Shown here piece by piece: positions 42,176-64,000 of a stretch of 64,000 nt of DNA. The stretch is from Paraspadella gotoi (taxonomy: Eukaryota > Animalia > Chaetognatha), in the NCBI GenBank assembly GCA_051294375.1, contig CM119270.1:14668046-14732045 (forward strand), read 5' to 3'. The stretch's first letter is position 1. Each line of letters starts with the position of its first letter. The translations under genes were made by a program, and so were the position numbers. The notes under the pieces are model-generated. The model worked only from the letters and a program-made list of their open reading frames with translations. It made no database searches and was not told the DNA's origin.

Positions 42176-42534
42176 GAGCCATGGTTGTCGTCGTCACTTT
42201 TAAAATGGTCGAACGATCGTTCAATATTTGTTTGTCTTTTTTTTTCTTAAAATTTATTTACTTACCATTTTTCCCAACACGAGAGACGAAGTAATTAAAT
42301 GAAAAGAATTTTCACCGATTTAATGGTTTTCCATATTCGTTAGAGTAAATCAATACGTTCCGAAAAAAATACTTTGTAAGGCCCAAAAAATAAAGTTTGA
42401 GCTGTAATTAATCGGTAGATGAATATAGATAACACAATAACGATAAGAAAACTTACTCGTCGGCGTGTTAGATAATGATTTCTATTGTAAGAGCAAAAGC
42501 AGTAAAAACTTTACCATTGTTAGAAGTTAACAAA

Positions 42535-42537
42535 ATC

Positions 42538-42568
<31 letters not shown>

Positions 42569-42660
42569 TCATCGTCTTCAACATCATCATCATCAATTCA
42601 TCATCTTCATCGTTGTCGTCGTCGTCTTCATCATCTCCATCATAATCATCATCATCATTA
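42535..42660 (+). repeat. (CAT)n microsatellite
   Basis: Imperfect atc run. Confidence 0.9.
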
Positions 42661-43136
42661 AAGTCCACATGACCAAAAAGAAGGCTCGGATCTTTAAGTC
42701 TCGCGCTCTCTCTTCCCCTCTTCATAAGCCCGTTCTTCTTCGACGAATATCGCCACGTGGAAATCGATGTTGAAGAAAACCAAATTTCTGTCAATATTTT
42801 CGTCGTCGTTTGCTCAATTGAAGATATTGACAGCAGAAACAAATAGACTAAGAAAAGAATAAGACTTGACGACGAGAGGAACGAACGCGACGACAACGAC
42901 AAAGACGACGAACGCAACGACGAGAGGTGACAGGCGACAGGCGTCTGGCTCGAGGCGTGGCGCCCAAAACTATCCGCGCTCGCCGACGCCTCAGTCAAAC
43001 GAGTTTAACAGGGAAATTAAAAGTTTAGGGCGTCGCTCTTTTGAATCGACGGGTCTTGGCGCAGCGGGTAAGGTCAAAAACTATGTGAGAGCGAGAGAGA
43101 GAGAAGAGAGAGAGCAGAGAGAGGAGAGAGAGAGGA

Positions 43137-43201
<65 letters not shown>

Positions 43202-43260
43202 AAGATTGGCGGTTGAAGTGTTATGGCTTTTTTCTGGCACTTATTAACTCTTGAAAAAGA

Positions 43261-43350
<90 letters not shown>

Positions 43351-44043
43351 AGGAAAGAGAGAAAAGTCGAAAGACAAAAAAAAGTGAACAACAAAAAATG
43401 CGCTCGTCACATTTTTCCGGATTCCAAATCCGGATCGCGCTTATTTTCCTCCGTAATGAAGACGTAACCAAAACCGACCTTCGTTTTGTCGCGGGCTCGT
43501 TAAACGCTTACATAAAATCTCTCTCTCTCTCTCTGCTCTCTCTCTCTCTCTCTCTTCTCTCTTCTCTCTCTCTCCTCTATCTCTCTCTCACCAGACTCTC
43601 CACGAGAAGCCCTCGGGCAAGAGGAACTCAGCAACACTCTCTCTTGCTTTTAATTGTCCTTAAATTTATGCGCTCAAACGGGATATCCAAATGTTTTTGA
43701 GACAACAGTTTTCAACGCTTCATTTTGAACGAAGCATTTTTACTTTAAAGCGATGTACATTATACAAGATAACATTCTCATGTTTAGAAAAAAAGGTTCT
43801 GTGGGAAAGTGAAAGAGGAAAGGAAGATTTAAGAAATAAAGAAAAAGGTAGGAACGAGAAAATTATTCAAGTCAAAGATAATTTCTTTTAAAAAAAAATG
43901 GAAAAGGTAAAAACCTTTGCTTTCGCAAATAGTCACCCTAGTTATCTTGAATTTTTTGAGCGTAAGTGGTAAGTTAATTCAAAATATTATACAAAGTACA
44001 TCAATTTCAATTTCAATTTCTCTCTCTCTCTCTCTCACCTGCA

Positions 44044-44078
<35 letters not shown>

Positions 44079-44352
44079 CTTTCTCTCTCTCTCTTCTTCC
44101 CTCTCTCTGTTCCTCCAGTGACGATTGAGAGAAACTCATCTGTGATTAAACGATTGGCTAAAGGCCGATTAATTGTTTACAGGTGTCGTTTGTTTTGTTA
44201 TTGTTGTCGACTTTTCATTGCCTCCTTTGATAATGCTTTGATCCTTGGCTCGAATAGCAGTGTTTGTACAGGTTTGGACGTTTCGTTATTAACTTACTTG
44301 AGCCTCCCTTCCGATTTTCTTTATCTGTCTATCACTCTTCCGTTTTTATTTT

Positions 44353-44530
<178 letters not shown>

Positions 44531-44864
44531 ATCAAGGAAATAATTTTTTTTCGACAGGACCCAATTGCATTTCCGATAATGATAAGAACTTAATCTTTCT
44601 AATATAAAATTTAACTCAGCACTATGAAATAAAAAACGTTTCGTACTAATTTACCCAATGTAGTGCAGATATCAATATAATAAAAATTAGAACAAATGTT
44701 AAATCTGCAATAACTGCAATAGCTGTTAAATGAATGGACTCTCGACGACGCCGACGAACAAAATGACAACGACGAAATCGTCTTTCAATTTCACCAACGA
44801 CATTGAACTTCATCGCCGAGGATCAAGGGAAGGCTTCGGGCGATCACGACGGAGACGATGACGA

Positions 44865-44897
<33 letters not shown>

Positions 44898-44987
44898 CGA
44901 CGATGACGTCACGTATGTTTGTTCTCAGCTCAGCTGAAGCTTTCTTTCCTTCCTTCTTTTTTTCTTTCTTTCTTTCTTTTTTGCTTA

Positions 44988-45034
<47 letters not shown>

Positions 45035-47402
45035 TTTTGCTTACTTTCTTTCCCATCTGTCTGTCTTCTTTCTTTTGGTCTGTCTTTCGTTCTCTTTATT
45101 TTAAAATCGATATCTGCCTTTCTTTAATTTCGTTGCTCTTTTCCTAGATACCTCACTCGAGAGCCAATATTAGTTTATTTTTNNNNNNNNNNNNNNNNNN
45201 NNNNNNNNNNNNNNNNNNNNNNNNNNNNNNNNNNNNNNNNNNNNNNNNNNNNNNNNNNNNNNNNNNNNNNNNNNNNNNNNNNNNNNNNNNNNNNNNNNNN
45301 NNNNNNNNNNNNNNNNNNNNNNNNNNNNNNNNNNNNNNNNNNNNNNNNNNNNNNNNNNNNNNNNNNNNNNNNNNNNNNNNNNNNNNNNNNNNNNNNNNNN
45401 NNNNNNNNNNNNNNNNNNNNNNNNNNNNNNNNNNNNNNNNNNNNNNNNNNNNNNNNNNNNNNNNNNNNNNNNNNNNNNNNNNNNNNNNNNNNNNNNNNNN
45501 NNNNNNNNNNNNNNNNNNNNNNNNNNNNNNNNNNNNNNNNNNNNNNNNNNNNNNNNNNNNNNNNNNNNNNNNNNNNNNNNNNNNNNNNNNNNNNNNNNNN
45601 NNNNNNNNNNNNNNNNNNNNNNNNNNNNNNNNNNNNNNNNNNNNNNNNNNNNNNNNNNNNNNNNNNNNNNNNNNNNNNNNNNNNNNNNNNNNNNNNNNNN
45701 NNNNNNNNNNNNNNNNNNNNNNNNNNNNNNNNNNNNNNNNNNNNNNNNNNNNNNNNNNNNNNNNNNNNNNNNNNNNNNNNNNNNNNNNNNNNNNNNNNNN
45801 NNNNNNNATAACAACCTTTATACAAGGAATTTAATTCTATTACTTATTATCCGTTTAAATTAGAGATGTGATGATGAATTCCCTTTGAAAAATCAAGGAC
45901 GACAGAACAACATGTATGATGACTTTATGAATGGTGCTTTAACATTTGAACCGGAACCCCTACCATTATTCAGTGAGATCTCAACCAGATGATTTACGAA
46001 TACATAATTCAAATAATTATCAAATAATATAAAAAAATTATAAAATACGCAAACGCGAAAAGTTTCTCCCGTATTCAATAGCNNNNNNNNNNNNNNNNNN
46101 NNNNNNNNNNNNNNNNNNNNNNNNNNNNNNNNNNNNNNNNNNNNNNNNNNNNNNNNNNNNNNNNNNNNNNNNNNNNNNNNNNNNNNNNNNNNNNNNNNNN
46201 NNNNNNNNNNNNNNNNNNNNNNNNNNNNNNNNNNNNNNNNNNNNNNNNNNNNNNNNNNNNNNNNNNNNNNNNNNNNNNNNNNNNNNNNNNNNNNNNNNNN
46301 NNNNNNNNNNNNNNNNNNNNNNNNNNNNNNNNNNNNNNNNNNNNNNNNNNNNNNNNNNNNNNNNNNNNNNGGAATAATCGACGTAGGTCTTCCGAAAGTA
46401 AAAAAAAAAAGACTTTAATTGTGAAGAATAAACAAATATTTTTCTTAATTATTATTTCTGTTTTTTCGGCCTAATTTTTTGTTCTTTAACGAATTTTCGC
46501 GACGTTAACGGCTGGGAAATGTTGACGACGACCAACACCAAAAAAAACCTGGAAAAAGACAAATAAATATTAACTGCGCGCGATAAATGACAAGAAATTG
46601 ATAAATTGCGCTTTCGACTGCAACGCGTGAATGGTTTTTTTTTGGTCCGCCGATACGCATTTTTTTATGTGGCCAATACATCGTTTTATTGTTAGGTTAT
46701 TTTTCTTTAATCAGTTTTTGTTTTGTATATATTTTGNNNNNNNNNNNNNNNNNNNNNNNNNNNNNNNNNNNNNNNNNNNNNNNNNNNNNNNNNNNNNNNN
46801 NNNNNNNNNNNNNNNNNNNNNNNNNNNNNNNNNNNNNNNNNNNNNNNNNNNNNNNNNNNNNNNNNNNNNNNNNNNNNNNNNNNNNNNNNNNNNNNNNNNN
46901 NNNNNNNNNNNNNNNNNNNNNNNNNNNNNNNNNNNNNNNNNNNNNNNNNNNNNNNNNNNNNNNNNNNNNNNNNNNNNNNNNNNNNNNNNNNNNNNNNNNN
47001 NNNNNNNNNNNNNNNNNNNNNNNNNNNNNNNNNNNNNNNNNAGAGAGAGAGAGAGAGAGATTAATGCGCACTTAATGCTTCTCGTCCTGCGAATTTGTTT
47101 CCTTCCGCTCGCGCTTTAGTTTAAAATTTCAATTTTGGATTCAATTGACAAAACATAAAGAAGCATACTTCCCCAGCATTACATTACAAACGTCAACCAA
47201 CCATTACAACCAATCGATACATAACAAACCAAACGATACATTTCATTGTCGTTAACGAGGTTTTTTCTTCGGTTACAATCGGCTCCGGGAGGAATTCCGC
47301 TCCCGGTCTTGCGATGTCCGCAGAAGTCGCCTTTTCTTTCTCTAATCTCATCAGTTTTTTTTCTTTCCTCTTTCTCTTTTTCTCTTCCATCCATCTATCC
47401 TT

Positions 47403-47575
47403 ACATACATACATTCATACATACATACATACATACATACATACATACATACATACATACATACATACATACATAGCTTATTTATAAAATGAATGGATAA
47501 GTTTTGTATTGGTTGTACCAATTTCATACATACATACATACATATACATACATACATACATACCTTCATACATAC
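47403..47575 (+). repeat. (CATA)n microsatellite interrupted by a 56-bp insert
   Basis: cata runs flank 47473-47528. Confidence 0.92.
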
Positions 47576-48309
47576 AAACATCAATCCATCCATCCATCCA
47601 TCCATCCCCCCGCTTCTTCTTCCATCCTCCTCTCTCCCCTCGTCTAACTCCCTCTCTTCCTTCTCATCTTCTCTCACCTCCTTCCTCCCTACCTATATAC
47701 ACTCTTTTCCTCTCCTCTCTTCCCCTTCTCCCTCTCCTCCCTTCCTTCTCCTATCTTCCCCTCTCCTCTCCTCTAGCCCCAGTTTCCTCTCCCTCTCCCC
47801 TGCCTCCTTCCGACGCAACAGCACCTTCGTCCCCCTCAGGGCACTCCCCTACTTCCCCGCCCCCTCTTGCTTCTCCCCTTCTGTGCGGAGCGCGCGCTGA
47901 AACGATGTCAATACTTTTAGGTCGGCAAGACAAACAAATCTGCTTTTCAATTCGAGGAAGCATCATATTACTTTTCTTCCTTTTCTTCTCTGTTTTCTTT
48001 TCCTGCTCCTTCTTCCTCTCTGCGTCACACGTATCTCCGCGCCTCGCTTCCCGACGCCTCTTCTCCTTCCCCCTCCTCTTCCTCGGGCGGCCCTTATCGT
48101 CGAAACTTGTTTTCTACCTACATACCTTTCCGCTAATCCGTCCTCTCTCTCTCTCTCTCTCTCTACCGTCCTGCCTGGCTCTCTTCTGCTCCTCTCTCAC
48201 GAATCTCTCTCTCTCTCCTCAACTCTCTCTCTCACCATNNNNNNNNNNNNNNNNNNNNNNNNNCGTCGAAACTCTCTGCTCTCTTCTACCTAATACCTTT
48301 CCCATCTGT

Positions 48310-48387
<78 letters not shown>

Positions 48388-49159
48388 AATCCTCTCTCTC
48401 ACATCTTTTTTTTTTTCTTCGAAAATGCTTTTTTGTTTACTTTTCTTTTTGTTCTTCCATCTTGTTTCAAACCACAGAAATTTCGTTTGAAATCTCTCCG
48501 AAAAAAAAAAATATTGAATTTCTACTTAATAATAATGCTATTCCACCAAACTTTAATTATTATGAATGACAATTCACGTACAAATCTTACGGGCATACCC
48601 AAGCAACTTATAGCCAATGAGCTGTCTATCATGATATAAGCTCTTTGGCCTTGATTCCCACGTTGCTGTCTTTAGCTTTTCGATCCGTAATTGTGTAAAT
48701 TCACTTTAAAAAATAAGTAATTAAATTTAAAAGAGTTTCGATCAAAACAATCAATCAATCGAATCCATACGGTTTATCCGTCACGATTGACAATAGGCCA
48801 ACTAACTCTGCCTTACTTTAACTTACTTTTAACTTTGAACCCGACGGCAATTTGGGCGTCGACAGAATCTCAGAATGTAAGGCAACTCTCTCCGTCCTGA
48901 CTGACAAATGGCGATAATTGTTGAGAAATATTAAAAACCATTAAAATTTTCCGACCACCAAATTTTTTTTGGTTTAGTACGGTCAATCGGTAAAAAAAAA
49001 TTAACCTTCTTAACATATATATATATAATAAGGCTTATATGTTTTTCTAGTTCTATGTATAGGTTTACTGATGTAACAGATTTCCTAATATTTTTTTAAA
49101 AATCATAAAAGACGCGAGGGCGTTGTCCAGTGTGCGAGAGTGCGAGAGAGAGGAGGAGA

Positions 49160-49237
<78 letters not shown>

Positions 49238-50334
49238 CGACACTGGTTAAAGAGGAACGCCCGTGTCACCGACTGTGCCGCATTAGTCAAAGACCTATTT
49301 ATTGCTACAAGGTGCTTTTGGTGTCGCTGAGATTTAATTCTTCTCTTCGACTGTTGAACTTTGTTGCCCGAAACCCGGTTTAGTGTTTAAACCCAAATAA
49401 GGAAGTAATTTAAATTACAACTTGACAAACAAACAAAAAGATTTAATCAACTGCAAGCAAAGTAAAGTTCGGATCCTAGAAGACCTAAAAAACTTATTAT
49501 TCAAAGAAATATATTGAAATTTATTAAGTCGCAATGAAACTTGGGTCAAAAACCCTTAGCAGGTGATCAAAGCAGAAATGACGACGAAGTTGAACGAACG
49601 CGGCTGCAATAAAGACAACGACGACGACAACGACGACAACACGATGATCCCCATGAAAAGTCGTGCAAAACGTTTATCTTAACGATCTTTTTTTACGGTA
49701 AATCCGCGTTCGATTCCGGGTCATTCAACCGTGAATGAGATCGGGTGAAATCGAAAATAAATTCGCCGATAAAAGTTTATTACGAAGTCATTCCCTTTTT
49801 TTTTTGTCACCCGTTTTTGGTAACATCCTTGTAAGCGTAGGAAATATTGTGCAAACGGAATTTTTTTTACAAAATCGATCATTTTTTCAATTGGATTTTA
49901 GGATCAAAGTTCTTTTTTTTTAGATTCCCAGTGAAAACTTGAAAAGAGTAGATTTTCTTTATATTTTTGTAAAGAAGAGTTGCTGAAAAGTACACTAAAT
50001 GAAATAGTTAATATTATTATNNNNNNNNNNTAATATTATTATTATTAATGGTTATTATTCATTATTATAAAGTATAACCCCAAACCCAAACACAAACACA
50101 AACCCAAACCGTCCTTCATCACAAATTGATCTAACAATGTTTGTCTTGAGAAAAAAGAAACCTATCAATTTTAAATAAAAAGCGAATTTGGAAAATAGAC
50201 AGAGAGAGAGAGAGAGAAGAGAGAGAAGAGAGAAAGGAGAGATGAATGAGCAGAGAGAGACAGAGAGAGAGAGAGAGACGATTAAGTTTCGTCGTCGATC
50301 CGTGTGATTCAGGCGACACGGATTTCGTCCCTAA

Positions 50335-50374
50335 TGACGTCACCCGAAGGTGCGAGTCACGTCACACGATGACG
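50335..50374. promoter_or_regulatory. Candidate CRE cluster
   Basis: Full TGACGTCA at 50335-50342 plus half sites CGTCA (50360) and TGACG (50370). Confidence 0.35.
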
Positions 50375-51761
50375 TTTTCCTTCGTTGTTGTTGTTGTCGT
50401 TCAATGATTTGGTTGTTGTCGTCGTTGGTGATTATTTTTTAGGGGTTTCGTATCCTCGTTTGCGACTTTTTCTCGCCTTTAAATCGTATAAATATCTTAT
50501 ATTGTGTTGGAATTGCTCATTATTTATTTATTAGTAATTTTTCTCAAGGTCGCATCATTATTGTAACATTGGTTTAGGTGTTTCCTATATTATAAATGTT
50601 AAGTAAAGACAAAAATGAACCGCAGTTAATCCATTGACGAAACCTTCACTCCACCAAGTCCTCGTTTAACTCCCTTGACCCCTTCCCCATCACCTCTCGG
50701 CCACGGGACGATCCTCCGCCGGCGAGATTGATCCTTCCCTTCTCCAGTCGAACAGGAAAGACTAAATAGTTTGCTTTATCAATTGCTCCTTTTAATATTC
50801 GCGATTCGAGTGTTTTTTGACCAAACATATTAATCGCTCAATGGATAACGTTAGCCGAAAGAATGACCGCTAATTGGAAGTATTTTATTTTTGATTAATA
50901 AACACGAAGCCCGAGTCTTTTTCGTTATTGTTTTCTTGACCAGTTCGAGAGGCGGGCTTTCTGGTGTCGTCATCGTCGTCGTCATCGTCGTCGTCATCTT
51001 CGTCGTCGGCATCAGCGGCGGCAGGCTTCGTCATCAGCGACGTCCCTCTAATCCCGTTCCTTACATTTCGCCATCCCGCAGAGCGTGTAACCGCCCTCCC
51101 CAGAGAGTGTTAAACTAAGCGCGACAAAGCGTGAAAATGCAGTGCGCGTTAAAGCGCGTAATTGTGATGGATCGTATGTCTCTCTGTTTGTGAACGTAAA
51201 ATGTGAAAATGAGAGCCGGGAGTATCTTTATCAGCCCGTTTTATGTTAAAATATTCATTTATTGAAATCTTTAAAACCAAGTTTATAAGTTTATAAAATT
51301 TAAAGAATGTTCCGATTTTGTTATTTACTCACATCTACGTAAACTGTTTTGCAACAATTTTCAACAGTGAACTTCACTGTGATGCATTTTAACAAAAGAT
51401 TCCTAAAAAAATTTAATTTAAAAAAGTTAATAAAAAGTAAATGTTTTTTGTCCAAATTTTATTGAACAAAATAAGGAAATGACCAAGCAGCGAGAACAAC
51501 AATAAAAAAAATTAATGTATTAACCCTTTTCATACAAATAACTTTTTTCTCCCAAGAGACATAAATCGTTCTTCCAACTTGAGAAAAAATTTTAGCGAAT
51601 CACTTTATACGTACTTGCATGTTTTAAATCTTTCACTGACTTAATAACAAATTTGAAGCATATTTTTTTTACCCAAGTCACGTTGCTTCGTTTTTTTTNN
51701 NNNNNNNNNNNNNNNNNNNNNNNTTTTATTATTCCCGGCAGTTATTTTTTTCTTCTCTCAT

Positions 51762-51854
<93 letters not shown>

Positions 51855-51962
51855 CTCGTCCACAGTTTTTGTGAATCGTCCGCGCCGCCGTAAAAAAAAA
51901 TCCTTCACATCGAGCGAAAGTGAAGTGAACTCAAAATCTTCGGACTTCAGCTTTTATATCGA

Positions 51963-52010
51963 CTAAAAATAGGATCCGTGAGCGTCGACACGATCCGCCT
52001 CTCTGATTGG
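51963..52010. promoter_or_regulatory. Candidate MEF2 site (CTAAAAATAG) plus inverted CCAAT box upstream of KLF
   Basis: Perfect YTA(W)4TAR at 51963-51972 and ATTGG at 52006-52010, about 1 kb upstream of the first ATG. Confidence 0.4.
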
Positions 52011-52053
52011 TTGGAAATTCTCACGCATCTCGTTTCCCATGGTAGCCGTTAAT

Positions 52054-52150
<97 letters not shown>

Positions 52151-52767
52151 TCATATAGAGTAAAAACATCTTGTGTGAAACGGGAATGCAAATCACAAGA
52201 CAAGAGCGAAAACCTATTCTTCGGAAGAATCGATATTGATAAAAAAAAGATGCGAAAAAATTTTGCATCCATAAAGCGAAAAGAAAAAAAAATTGAATGA
52301 CGAAAACTATTAAGGATTATCACAAAGACTGAAAAAGACTCATTCCTCCCGTTATCGACGATTTCTCTCCCTCTTTCATTTTTTTTTGCCGACGGAACAA
52401 ACTTATCTTTTTCCCGCCCTTTCTCGCCACATCACCTCACCGAAAAATCTCATCTCACATCGCATCAGCAAAATTGACAAATAAAGGAACGAGCGAAACG
52501 AAAAATATAGCATGAACAAAAACAAACATTGTAACGGAAATTAAAAGTCAATGAAACTTCGTATCGCATTTATCACGAATCGCAACAGCGCCGCGCGAAT
52601 TTCTCGATCGGACCTCTCTGTCTCGCGATATCGTCCACTCGCTCTCCGTCGTTCGTCGCTTTGGGTGAGGATTATCGTTGACAACCAAAACCGGTTTGGA
52701 AATCCGACGACGACGACGACGACGGCGAAACTTTTCTCCGGAAAACAGAAGCTCGGACGAAATCGCC

Positions 52768-52811
<44 letters not shown>

Positions 52812-52942
52812 GGAGAGAGAGAGAGACAGAGACAGAGAGAGACAGAAGGAAAAGCGCAACATTATCTCGTCGCAAAAGCCGCAAGATAGACGAAGAAGAG
52901 AGAGAGAGATCGACGAAAAACAGGGGAATGAGAAAAAGATAG

Positions 52943-57881
<4,939 letters not shown>

Positions 57882-58553
57882 AAAGGAGTGTGGGTCGAGT
57901 GTGGATAAAGAAGTGTGGGCAGAGAAGTGTGGGCAGGATTAGGAAGAGGGAATGGAAGGTCGTGGGTGAGGAAATCAAATTTTTTTATTGTGGTTCGATA
58001 TGTTTAAGGTTTCGGGATGGAGGAAAGACTACAGTGGTGTTCGTTTATAACCTATCTTTAAACAGTTTTTACTGTCTCGATGAAAAAAAAACCGCCGAGT
58101 GCCAATCGCGACTTTGCGAATCCTCGTTCAGTACAGAAAATAACATTGGGGATACTACTATTTTTCGTATTTTCGCGTTACTTACATTGTATGTTATTAT
58201 TGAATTGCTCCGCCATTAATAACCTTTTCATGTGCCTTAAAACAAAATTTGTTATAAAAAATGCAAATTTATCAATATTTTTTTTTTCGAATATAATTAC
58301 ATGGTCCTGCGTATATGCTTTATTCTCGTGGTTTTTATTTGGTTGCTACTAAAAAGACAGAGAAAGTGGTTGCAAAACTGAAATAAAGGAAAGACAATGC
58401 GAATATTCCTCTGGACAAAAAGCGAACTCCTTTAGAGTCAAATTAAAAGTCTCATTAGAGGCGCAGTTAAGGATCAAAACGACAAAAATGGTTAAAAAAT
58501 AAAAAATAAAAATCCTCCGAATGTCTGGTTGAAACTTGAAAGTTATTCGAAGC

Positions 58554-58559
<6 letters not shown>

Positions 58560-58647
<88 letters not shown>
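58560..58647 (+). repeat. (GA)n microsatellite
   Basis: Pure GA run. Confidence 0.95.
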
Positions 58648-58650
<3 letters not shown>

Positions 58651-59737
58651 TCAGCTCGTATAATATTAAGTAATTTCTCACTTCGTGCTAGCTGCATAAA
58701 TCACGTAAAAACATTATTCTACTTTCAAAACAATTCAACTTGAGAACCTTTTGTTTTTTTCAACCGGAATGTTTGTTGATGAATTAGTTGGTAGAGGACA
58801 GCAAATTGTAAAATTAGAAATAAACAAAAGTACAAAAACCTTCAAACCAGCGCACTCAACTGCATAATTACTCAATTACATAAATACGATAATATATTTG
58901 GTCTTGGTTATTTGGTTTGCGACCTGTTTAACGTATATAGGTTAAAATAAACAAAAATTTATCCTATTTATTCCACTTAGTTAACATTTAGTATTTCGAT
59001 CGATTTACGCTCACCGGAACCGAACCCGCGACGTTAAAGTCATCGTCGTCGTTGTCGTCGTCGTTGTCGTCGTCGCAGAAATCCTCGTCGGGACTTAATT
59101 CGCGCTGAACCTTTTTTCTTCGCATGAAATAATGAGAAATTTTTACGATTCCAAAGAAATCTCACCAGATGTCGCCTTCTTTGTTGTTGTAGTTGTCGTC
59201 GTCGTTGCTGCTGCAGTTGTATGGAAGAAAAACTTACTTAACTTATTTCATTACGTCTGTCGTTGAATATCTAAATATGGTCCTAACAACAAATACCCGA
59301 TGATAATAAATTTTAAAGACGAATTTTAACACAACGGTAATCAAGTTAAATTGAAAAACTCAAAACAAACATCACTGAAGGAAAAAAGTTAGTCTAGGAT
59401 CTCGTGACTTCTGGTTCGTGGCGGAGAAAAAAAATTCTGTAGATGCTGATAAAATTCCATCGAGGACGAAAGGGAGAAAACGACACCCAGAAAGAAGAAG
59501 GAGGAGAAAGAAGAAGTAGAAGAGAAGAAGAAGAAGAAAGAAAGAAAATACTGATTCTGGATGAAGGGAAAAAAACGCATATTTGCCTTGTTCACCAAAA
59601 TATTATTCTCAATTTGTTGGGAGATTTGTTATAAATCACTATTTAAATTTAAATAAATTATGAGATGAGAATGGCAGAGAAAAAAAAAATCAATGAAGCT
59701 GAAGTGAAAATTGAAAGTTAATATAAATTATAATTTA

Positions 59738-60255
59738 TAATTTTTATATTGGTTGTACCAATTTCATAAATCAGCTCCTGTATTTTGATGCTAGTGCGAG
59801 TACAATAGTATTCCCCGATCTAATACTTAGGGAGTGGTCTTTCATCAATTGAAACATTCTTTGAAATATTTCCACTTCATTGATAGGGAAGCCAGGTACT
59901 CTGGGAGTGAATAAACGAGACTGTGAAAGAGTCTTGAATTGAAAACTATGCAGGACCTGCTATGTCATTATCTTTAAGAGTGATGAGGCCTTAAACCACC
60001 AAGCCTGTCCAAAGTCAGGGGCAAGATAGCTTATTTATTAAATGAATGGATAATTTTTATATTGTGTACCAATTCATAAAAATTCAGCTCCTTGTATTTT
60101 GATGCTAGTGCGGAGTACCAATAAGTATTCCCGATCTAATACTTTAGGGAGTGGTCTTTTCATACAATTGAACATTCTTTGAAATATTTTTCACTTCATT
60201 GATAGGGAAGCCAGGTCTCTGGGAGTGAATAAACGAGACTGTGAAAGAGTCTTGA

Positions 60256-60262
<7 letters not shown>
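59738..60262 (+). repeat. ~313-bp tandem unit, about 1.7 copies
   Basis: 59738-59945 is repeated at 60051-60262. Confidence 0.9.

Positions 60263-64000
<3,738 letters not shown>

Noticed and set aside
45808-46082. Small contig with a coding-looking stretch (MYDDFMNGALTFEPEPLPLFSEISTR)
   Set aside because: Too short, with no recognisable motif or splice support.
47509-48639. 376-aa ORF
   Set aside because: Built from CATA and CT microsatellites and crosses an N-gap.
59975-60025. Possible hammerhead ribozyme or retrozyme in the 313-bp unit (gtgatgaggcc)
   Set aside because: I could not find a CTGANGA core with a properly placed GAAA and closing stems on either strand.

Overview
Draft eukaryotic (invertebrate animal, probably protostome) genomic DNA. 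It is AT-rich, full of (GA)n, (GAC)n, (GAAT)n and (CATA)n microsatellites and N-gaps, and has indel-rich stretches that look like uncorrected long-read gap fill. Nearly all ORFs in the six-frame track are translations of microsatellites or gaps. The one real gene is a + strand Kruppel-like factor of the KLF1/2/4 group (about 52943-57881; 3 exons; three C2H2 fingers), broken by single-base frameshifts that are probably sequencing errors. A near-identical partial second copy runs from about 60256 to the window end. The ~52 kb upstream has no convincing protein-coding gene. It holds large near-duplicate blocks (probably assembly overlaps or haplotypes), two related TTAA-targeting Kolobok-like elements, each with a matching empty site in the window (one carries a possible THAP remnant), a Tc1/mariner-type MITE, and candidate MEF2, CCAAT and CRE sites. 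I found no convincing previously undescribed biological system. The best leads are the Kolobok-like family, the KLF regulatory architecture and an unexplained ~313-bp tandem unit.
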